Source of the DNA: Sphingomonas sp. | Lineage (GTDB): Bacteria > Pseudomonadota > Alphaproteobacteria > Sphingomonadales > Sphingomonadaceae | DNA: 64,000 bases | Reading direction: 5' to 3' | NCBI GenBank assembly: GCA_039926845.1 | Contig: JBDSWC010000038.1 | Coordinates: forward strand, 10,964 to 74,963 | Shown here: positions 57,822-64,000 of the stretch, one piece after another | How positions within the stretch are numbered: the stretch's first letter is position 1 | Layout of the letters: every line of letters begins with the position of its first letter | Made by a program: the position numbers and the translations under genes | The notes under the pieces: generated by a model | The model's database searches: none | The model's input: only the letters and a program-made list of their open reading frames with translations | What the model was told of the DNA's origin: nothing

Positions 57822-59807
57822 TCACCACACCCCGATGCGCTTGTCGGCCGGCAGGAACATCGGGTCGCCGGGCTGGACGCCGAATGCACGCACCCACGCC
57901 TCCATGTTGCGAACCAGTCCGCTGCGGCACGACGGCGGCGCGTGATTATCGGTGTCAATCTGCGTTCTGAGCGCAGCGTCGGTCTGCAACCGGCGCCAGC
58001 GTTGCGCGAAGGCGATGAAGAACCTCTGATCCCCCGTCAGCCCGTTCTTGATGATGTCGGGCCTGCCACGCAGCGACAGATGGTAAGCGTCGTAGGCCAC
58101 CATCAATCCACCGACATCGGCGACGCTTTCGCTCACGATCTTGTCGCCGCGCGCGGGGAGTTCTGCGGCTGCGATACATGCGTCGAGCTGGGCGGCGAGC
58201 GGCGTCGACAAGGCGCGATAATTGGCAAGGTCGGTTTTGGTCCACCACAGACCGAGCCGCCCCTGCGCGTCATAGATGTTGCCGACCTCGTCAAAACTGT
58301 GGCTGACTTCGTGCGCCAGCCCCGCGCCCGCCGAGCCGTAATTTTCTGCGGCATCCCCCTCCGCATCGAAATAGGGCGGCTGCAGCAATCCGGCGGCAAA
58401 CTCCATCGTGTTCGGGCTGAGATCCAGGATCGCGCCGACCATCTGCGGATGAAGTTGCCTGGGCCATTCGTCGGGATCGACCGGGCGGCGCAGCTTTGCG
58501 ATTTCGCGGGCATAGGCGAACGCCTCTGCCCGCTTGAGATTGCCGAAGGCGTCGCCGCGCGTCACGGCGAGAGCTGAATAATCGGTCCAGGACAAGGGGT
58601 AACCCAATCCGATTTTCAGCGCCGCCAGTTTGGACAACGCCTTCGACTTCGTCGCCGGCGACAGCCAGGTCGAGCCAGCCAATCGCGCGCGAAACGCGGT
58701 GCGGATATTCGCTACCATCGTCTCGGCGGCGGCCTTCGCGCGCGGCGGGAAATAGCGCTCGACGTAGAGCCGGCCGATCGCATCGCCGAACACGGCTTCG
58801 GTCGCGCTCAGCGCGTCGGGCGCATCGCCGCCGACGGCACGCGGCAGGACGCTCGCGTAATGGTCGATCAGATGGAAGGCGAGATAGTCCTTCCACACAT
58901 CGAGCGGCCGGGTCGCAACGAGCCTGGCGCTGCCGATCACGGCGCGTGGTTGCCACACGACGAAGCTCGGCGCGGTATCAAGGCCCGACGCGGCGAAATA
59001 GGCGCCCCAGTCGATACCCGGCGCCTTGGTGACGAAATCGGCACGGCGCCATGTATTGTCGGTCTTGAAGACGTCGTCGGTATCCGCGCGCGGCGCATGC
59101 GTCCGCGCGATGGCGATTTCGAGGTCGAGCACGCCGGCGGCCCGCTCTTCGGCGCGATCAAACCCCGCAAGGTTCATGACGGCGGCGATCCGCGCGTGAT
59201 AGGCTGCCCGCGTTGTCTCGGCGGCGGGGTCGAGATAGGCGTCCCGGTCGGCCAGCCCCAGTCCGCCCTGCACGAGATGTGCGGCGTAGTGATTGGGGTC
59301 GTGAAAGCCCGGATGGATCCACACGCCCAACAGGCTTTCGGTTCGCTGGTTGCCGCCGTCGTCCAGCCGCATCGTCCGCCCGAGCCATTGCGCCAGTCCA
59401 CGCCGATCGGCGATCGCGTCGATCGCGGCGAGGTCGCCCGCGACCGGCGCCAGTCCCTTGGTCTCTATGGTGCCGATGTCCGCCCGGGACGCATAGTAGT
59501 CGGCGATCTTCCGTACGGTCGGCGTGACCGATCGACCCTTGGCCGCGGTGATGGCGTCGTCGATTAAGGCGCGAACGCGCCGAGCATTCAGCGCGCGAAG
59601 TTGCGCGGTAGTGTCGATCCGCGACGCACCACCGGGCAATCGGGTCGCGCTCAGCCAGTTGTTGTTGGCGTAGCGGTAGAAGTCGTCGCCCGGCCGGATC
59701 GATCGGTCTACGGCATCGGTCCTGGCGGACGGGGCATCGGCCGCGAGTGACGCCACCGTGCCGACGCTAATCGCGGCCAGCAGAAAGCCGACAAACCACT
59801 TAGCCAT
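57822..59807 (-). CDS. Secreted M13 family (neprilysin/PepO-like) metallopeptidase
   Basis: PGDDFYRYAN, QGGLGL.DR, HEVSH zinc motif, ESVAD third ligand, FF..FAQ.W. Confidence 0.93.
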   Translation of the reverse strand: MAKWFVGFLLAAISVGTVASLAADAPSARTDAVDRSIRPGDDFYRYANNNWLSATRLPGGASRIDTTAQLRALNARRVRALIDDAITAAKGRSVTPTVRKIADYYASRADIGTIETKGLAPVAGDLAAIDAIADRRGLAQWLGRTMRLDDGGNQRTESLLGVWIHPGFHDPNHYAAHLVQGGLGLADRDAYLDPAAETTRAAYHARIAAVMNLAGFDRAEERAAGVLDLEIAIARTHAPRADTDDVFKTDNTWRRADFVTKAPGIDWGAYFAASGLDTAPSFVVWQPRAVIGSARLVATRPLDVWKDYLAFHLIDHYASVLPRAVGGDAPDALSATEAVFGDAIGRLYVERYFPPRAKAAAETMVANIRTAFRARLAGSTWLSPATKSKALSKLAALKIGLGYPLSWTDYSALAVTRGDAFGNLKRAEAFAYAREIAKLRRPVDPDEWPRQLHPQMVGAILDLSPNTMEFAAGLLQPPYFDAEGDAAENYGSAGAGLAHEVSHSFDEVGNIYDAQGRLGLWWTKTDLANYRALSTPLAAQLDACIAAAELPARGDKIVSESVADVGGLMVAYDAYHLSLRGRPDIIKNGLTGDQRFFIAFAQRWRRLQTDAALRTQIDTDNHAPPSCRSGLVRNMEAWVRAFGVQPGDPMFLPADKRIGVW

Positions 59808-60393
59808 GAGCAACTCTCCGCACATCTGACGTAGACAGCGCGGCGATCAGCCAAGTGCTCGATACGACCTCCGCGAATTCACCCTGCAGGTCGCTGAGCG
59901 CCGCATCGTGGACGTCGGCGGCGGTGCGGATCCGGCCGTCGAGGTTTGCGCGGTCGAACGCGGCGGTTGCGTCGGCGGCGACGAAGGTCAGGAAGCCGAG
60001 ATTGCTCGCCATTCGAACGGTGGTCGACACGCAATGATTGGTCGTCAGCCCGACGATCACGAGCGTATCCGCGCCCATCGCGCGCAAATCTTCGTCGAGG
60101 CTGGTGCCGATGAACGCGCTGTTGAACGCCTTGCGATAGACGCACTCGCCGTCGATCGGGCGAGTCTCGGGCTTGGGCAAATTGCCGGGCGTCCCGCGCC
60201 GCAGCCGTCCATCGGGTTCGGGCGAGTCGTGGTGGACGTGGATGACCGGCGCACCCTGCGCGCGCCAGGCGGCGATTAGCGCCGCGGCCTTTTCCTCGGC
60301 GTCCGAATTGTTGCGCGCGCCCCAGCTCGGGTCGTCGAAACCGACCTGCATGTCGATCACGAGCAAAGCGGTATTGGTCGGCAGGTGGGTCAA
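59800..60393 (-). CDS. Cysteine hydrolase (isochorismatase family)
   Basis: ALLVIDMQ, K..NSAF.GT.L, GLTTNHCVSTT. Confidence 0.92.
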   Translation of the reverse strand: MTHLPTNTALLVIDMQVGFDDPSWGARNNSDAEEKAAALIAAWRAQGAPVIHVHHDSPEPDGRLRRGTPGNLPKPETRPIDGECVYRKAFNSAFIGTSLDEDLRAMGADTLVIVGLTTNHCVSTTVRMASNLGFLTFVAADATAAFDRANLDGRIRTAADVHDAALSDLQGEFAEVVSSTWLIAALSTSDVRRVAHG

Positions 60394-60457
60394 AAGCGGC
60401 TCCTCGTCGCGCGACCAATCGGTCCATTGGCATGGCGCGCCAAAACGGCGATGAGGG

Positions 60458-60474
60458 CATCGGGAATTCCGATG
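60458..60474. promoter_or_regulatory. LysR-type T-N11-A palindromic site
   Basis: CATCGG-GAATT-CCGATG between the divergent lysR and hydrolase genes. Confidence 0.65.
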
Positions 60475-60482
60475 GGATGAGA

Positions 60483-61358
60483 ATGGCGAAGGACCTCGAA
60501 GTCCGGCACTGCCGCGCGCTGGTCGCGGTGCATGACGGCGGCGGCATCGGTGCGGCGGCGCGCGTCCTGGGCGTCGCCCAATCGACCGTGTCGGAGACGT
60601 TGCTGTCGCTCGAACGTGTACTCGGTGCGCAGGTCACCTTGCGCCGGGCGGGGCGAGAGGCGGCGCTGACGGTCGTGGCCGAAGCTTTATTGCCGCACGC
60701 GCGATCGCTGATCGCCTTGTCGGAAGTTGCGCTGGCTGCTGGCGTCCGGCCGGCGGCGATCAGGCTTGGCACCGTTGAATCGATCAGTTCGTTTCTGCTG
60801 CCGGGGCCGTTGAGCGCATTCCGCCAGCGGTGGCCGGGCGTCGATGTGCGGATCTCGATCGGACTGTGCGAAGACCTGAGAAAGCGAGTCGCCGATGGCG
60901 AGCTCGACGCCGCGCTCACGATCGAGCGCAACGCGGACGGTGCTGACTCCTTGGCGTCGGTCGATTTGCGGCTGGTCGTCGCACCGCATCATGTGCTCGC
61001 GGCGAGCCTCGTAACGAACGGCGATCTGCAGCAGGCGACGTTCCTGCTATCCGATTCCGAAGGGGCTTTCGACAAGCTTGTCCGAGCCTGGGCGAGCGGA
61101 ACGGGACACCTGCCGCGGTTCGAGTCGGCGGGGAGCATCGAAGGAGTGAAGCGCGGTGTACTGTCGGGCGAAGCGATCGGCGTGTTGCCCGATTACGCCG
61201 TTGCGGACGAGGTGTCGGCGGGATCGTTGGTCGCACTGCAAGTCGCCATTCCGCTACCGCCCGTCGCGCTGCGGCTGACGACTTCGCCGCCACCGCCGCC
61301 GGGATCGGCGCTCGCCGGCCTGATCGAGCAGGTCCGCGTTGCGTGTGGCCCTGGCTGA
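60483..61358 (+). CDS. LysR family transcriptional regulator
   Basis: AAARVLGVAQSTVS..LER.LG HTH; F..RWPGV.V, GELDAAL substrate domain. Confidence 0.92.
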   Translation: MAKDLEVRHCRALVAVHDGGGIGAAARVLGVAQSTVSETLLSLERVLGAQVTLRRAGREAALTVVAEALLPHARSLIALSEVALAAGVRPAAIRLGTVESISSFLLPGPLSAFRQRWPGVDVRISIGLCEDLRKRVADGELDAALTIERNADGADSLASVDLRLVVAPHHVLAASLVTNGDLQQATFLLSDSEGAFDKLVRAWASGTGHLPRFESAGSIEGVKRGVLSGEAIGVLPDYAVADEVSAGSLVALQVAIPLPPVALRLTTSPPPPPGSALAGLIEQVRVACGPG

Positions 61359-61424
61359 CGCAGATTTCCCTACTCGACACCCCGATCCGTCGTTACATTG
61401 GAAGCCTTCGCAATGGAGGACGCA

Positions 61425-62423
61425 ATGGGCCTGGGTGATTTCCTGAAGAAGCAGCTCGTCGATGTCATCGATTGGGTGGACGAGCCCGGCGTGCTCGCGA
61501 TCCGCTATCCGATGCAGGACCGCGAAATCCAGAATGGCGGCGTGCTGACCGTGCGCGAAGGCCAGGTCGCGATGTTCTATAACGAAGGCCAGCTCGCCGA
61601 CGCGTTCAAGGCGGGTCAGCACACGTTGACCACGCAGAACCTGCCGCTGCTGACCGCGATCATGAACTGGGACAAGGGGTTCCAGTCGCCGTTCAAGGCC
61701 GACGTCTATTTCTTCACGCTGCGCGAGCAGACGGGCCTCAAATGGGGCACGCCGCAACCGATCACGGTGCGCGACAAGGAATTCGGCGCGATTCGCATCC
61801 GCGCGTTCGGCAGCTATTCGTTCCGGGTCGAGGACGTCGCGGTGTTCGGCACCAAGATGATGGGCTCGCTCGACCGGCTGACGACGGCCGATCTCGACCA
61901 GCAGCTGCGCGCGGTGATCAATCAGGCGATCGCGACCGCGCTCGGGGGCAGCGACATCGCGTTCCTCGATCTTGCCGCCAACCAGGCCGCGATGTCGGAG
62001 AAATTGAAGGCGTCGGTCGAAAGCGCGTTCATGGATTGGGGCCTATCGTGCCGCACCTTCTTCGTCGAAAGCATCTCGCTGCCCGACAACGTTCAGGAAT
62101 ATCTCGACAAGGGCAGCCAGGCGCGCGTCGTCGGCAACCTCGACCAATATGCCAAGTTTCAGGCCGCCGATTCGATCAAGACCGCGGCGGGCAACGAGGG
62201 CGGGATGGCCGGGATCGGCGCGACCGCGGCGGCGGGGATGGCGATCGGCCAGCAAATGTCTGCGGCGTTGGGCGCGTCGGCGCCGATGGGCTCGGCCGCT
62301 TCGGGCCAGCCGTCGGTCGATCCCTATGAGCAGATCGAAAAGCTGCACAAACTGGTGACGATCGGCGCGCTCAGTCAAGAAGAGTTCGACGCCAAGAAAG
62401 CCGAATTGCTCGCCAAGATCTGA
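61425..62423 (+). CDS. SPFH/band-7 domain protein (YdjI-like) with C-terminal SHOCT
   Basis: LTVREGQ.A, LTTQNLP, SPFKADVYF, KWGT.QP, RAFG.Y; IEKL.KL...GALSQEEFDAKKAELL. Confidence 0.9.
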   Translation: MGLGDFLKKQLVDVIDWVDEPGVLAIRYPMQDREIQNGGVLTVREGQVAMFYNEGQLADAFKAGQHTLTTQNLPLLTAIMNWDKGFQSPFKADVYFFTLREQTGLKWGTPQPITVRDKEFGAIRIRAFGSYSFRVEDVAVFGTKMMGSLDRLTTADLDQQLRAVINQAIATALGGSDIAFLDLAANQAAMSEKLKASVESAFMDWGLSCRTFFVESISLPDNVQEYLDKGSQARVVGNLDQYAKFQAADSIKTAAGNEGGMAGIGATAAAGMAIGQQMSAALGASAPMGSAASGQPSVDPYEQIEKLHKLVTIGALSQEEFDAKKAELLAKI

Positions 62424-62435
62424 GCATAAGCAACG

Positions 62436-63107
62436 ATGCTCCGCGCCAGTTGCCCCAATTGCGGCGCGCCGATCGCGTTCCGGTCGGCCGACCTGCCGGT
62501 CAAGGTGTGCGATTATTGCCATAGCTCGGTGTTGCGCACCGGCGGCAATCTGGCGGCGATGGGCAAGGTCGCCGACGTGCCCGACGATGTCAGCCCGCTG
62601 CAGCTCGGGGTGCGTGGGCACGTGGGCGCGCGCAGCTTCGAACTGATTGGGCGCGTGCGCTGGCGCTATGCCGATGGCGCGTGGAACGAGTGGCTGGCCT
62701 ATTTCGACGACGGATCGACCGGCTGGCTGGGCGAATCGATGGGGCGCTACATGCTGCTGCGCCAAGTCGAGCCGGCGCACGTTTCGTCCGAGGTCATGGG
62801 TCATCTGCAGACCGGGCAAAGTGTGGTGCCGGGCACGCAGGCGATCATCGACAATGTCGAATATTGGGCGAGCGACGTGAAGACCGTCTCGTGCGTCGCG
62901 AGCGAGGGCGAACTGCCTTTCAACTCGCTCGGGCTGACCGCGCAAAGCATCGACTTGATGTCCGCCGACGAACATTGCGCGAGCATCCAGAAAGCGGCGG
63001 GCGAAGACGTCGAAATCTATGCCGGGCAATACGTAACGCTTGCCGATATTGCTGCGACGGGGCTGCGTGAATTCGAGGGCTGGCCGATGCCGGCGTACAA
63101 GGCATGA
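62436..63107 (+). CDS. DUF4178 domain protein with N-terminal zinc ribbon
   Basis: CPNCGA..CDYC, SPLQLG..G, GAWNEW..F.DG..GWL.E, GELP. Confidence 0.85.
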   Translation: MLRASCPNCGAPIAFRSADLPVKVCDYCHSSVLRTGGNLAAMGKVADVPDDVSPLQLGVRGHVGARSFELIGRVRWRYADGAWNEWLAYFDDGSTGWLGESMGRYMLLRQVEPAHVSSEVMGHLQTGQSVVPGTQAIIDNVEYWASDVKTVSCVASEGELPFNSLGLTAQSIDLMSADEHCASIQKAAGEDVEIYAGQYVTLADIAATGLREFEGWPMPAYKA

Positions 63108-64000
63108 GCGACGACACGCTAGCGCCGGACGGTCCCGCGCCACCGCCCGAGGCGCCCGCTGCGCCGCCCGCGCCACCGCCTTCTACTGTCAAGCCGGTCA
63201 ACTGCCCCAATTGCGGCGGTACGGTGGATATCCGCGTGGCGGGCACGACGGTCAGCGTGATCTGCAGCCATTGCGGATCGACGCTCGATGCGACCAGTCC
63301 GGACCTGCAGGTCATCGCCAAGGCGGATCAGGCGCTCAAGACGCCGGAGATACCGCTCGGCACGCGTGGCGTGCTGAAGGGCAAGACGTGGGAAGTGGTC
63401 GGCTATCAGGAGCGTGACGACACCGAGGTCGCCTGGGCCGAATATCTGCTGTTCAACCCCTATGAAGGGTACGCCTTCCTCGTCGATGACGGGCGGCGCT
63501 TCAATCTTGGGCGGCTTCTCGACAAATTGCCGACGTCGAATTGGGGGCTCGGATTGCAAGCCGAAGGCCAGAGCTTCTCGCGCTTCGGCGATCAATATTG
63601 GGTGCGGACGATTTTCGTCGTCGGCGAGTTCTACTGGCGCGCCAGGGTCGGTGAACGTGCGCAGGAAACCGACTATGTCACGCCCGGCACCATGCTGGCA
63701 TGCGAGGATTATCAGGGCGAGCGGACCTGGACTCGGCTCGACATGCTCGACTGGGGTGAGGCGGAGACCGCGTTCGGGATCGCCAAGCGGCGCAAGGAAT
63801 ATAGCAGCCCCGCGCCGCATGAACGCTCACCCTTCAAGTCCCAACTGTTCGAAGTGTGGGTGATCGGGATCATCGCGGCGGTCACCTTGTTCATCGTTTC
63901 GGGCATGGCGGGCAGTCAGCAGCGTATCGCCAGCACCGTCACCGACGCCGTGCTCGACGGCCCCGAAAAGACGCTGGTGATCAAGGACGTCGTCCTGCCC
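63104..64000 (+). CDS. Second DUF4178 zinc-ribbon protein with Pro-rich N-terminus and TM helix, 3'-truncated by the window
   Basis: Not in the ORF track (no stop in window); translated by hand from ATG 63104: MSDDTLAPDGPAPPPE..CPNCGG..CSHCGS..IPLGTRG..WAEYLLFNPYEG..GEFYW. Confidence 0.88.
   Translation, partial: MSDDTLAPDGPAPPPEAPAAPPAPPPSTVKPVNCPNCGGTVDIRVAGTTVSVICSHCGSTLDATSPDLQVIAKADQALKTPEIPLGTRGVLKGKTWEVVGYQERDDTEVAWAEYLLFNPYEGYAFLVDDGRRFNLGRLLDKLPTSNWGLGLQAEGQSFSRFGDQYWVRTIFVVGEFYWRARVGERAQETDYVTPGTMLACEDYQGERTWTRLDMLDWGEAETAFGIAKRRKEYSSPAPHERSPFKSQLFEVWVIGIIAAVTLFIVSGMAGSQQRIASTVTDAVLDGPEKTLVIKDVVLP

Noticed and set aside
35294-64000. Intact genomic island or prophage integrated at tRNA-Thr
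   Set aside because: No integrase, transposase, phage gene or duplicated tRNA 3' end seen; an old degraded island cannot be excluded

Overview
High-GC alphaproteobacterial chromosome segment; gene content and repeat types point to a sphingomonad (probably Sphingomonas). About 1-35 kb is mostly core genome: ydbH-ynbE-ydbL, the F0 ATP synthase operon, mddA, uvrC, a deacetylase/GNAT pair, recO, leuB, a Dpm1-GtrA plus PMT glycosylation pair, an HxlR-controlled VOC/GST/DUF1428/SRPBCC/DHFR operon, cobS-cobT, a Fur-boxed piu-type iron uptake operon, the large NAD-glutamate dehydrogenase and a PAS-like protein. After a tRNA-Thr(CGT) whose acceptor stem lacks 3 nt, the window is accessory-like: an ECF sigma / zf-HC2 anti-sigma / subtilase / porin cassette, hydrolases, a sigma54-controlled MacAB-like exporter with duplicated permeases, an ECF42 operon, a LysR / cysteine hydrolase / M13 peptidase unit, and the start of an SPFH-DUF4178-DUF4178 operon. 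I saw no integrase, transposase, prophage, rRNA or CRISPR array. Best candidates for undescribed biology: (1) the ECF cassette, whose anti-sigma periplasmic domain looks like a subtilisin pro-domain and whose protease has Asp where the oxyanion Asn usually sits; (2) a probable two-hairpin anti-SD sRNA at about 28990-29062; (3) a mirror-image sigma54 promoter/enhancer layout at 51022-51352; (4) a protein O-mannosylation-type pair; (5) the SPFH-DUF4178 operon. Four small lesions (two 1-bp frameshifts, one amber codon, one tRNA deletion) may be real decay or consensus errors. All family assignments come from motif recognition by eye, not database searches.
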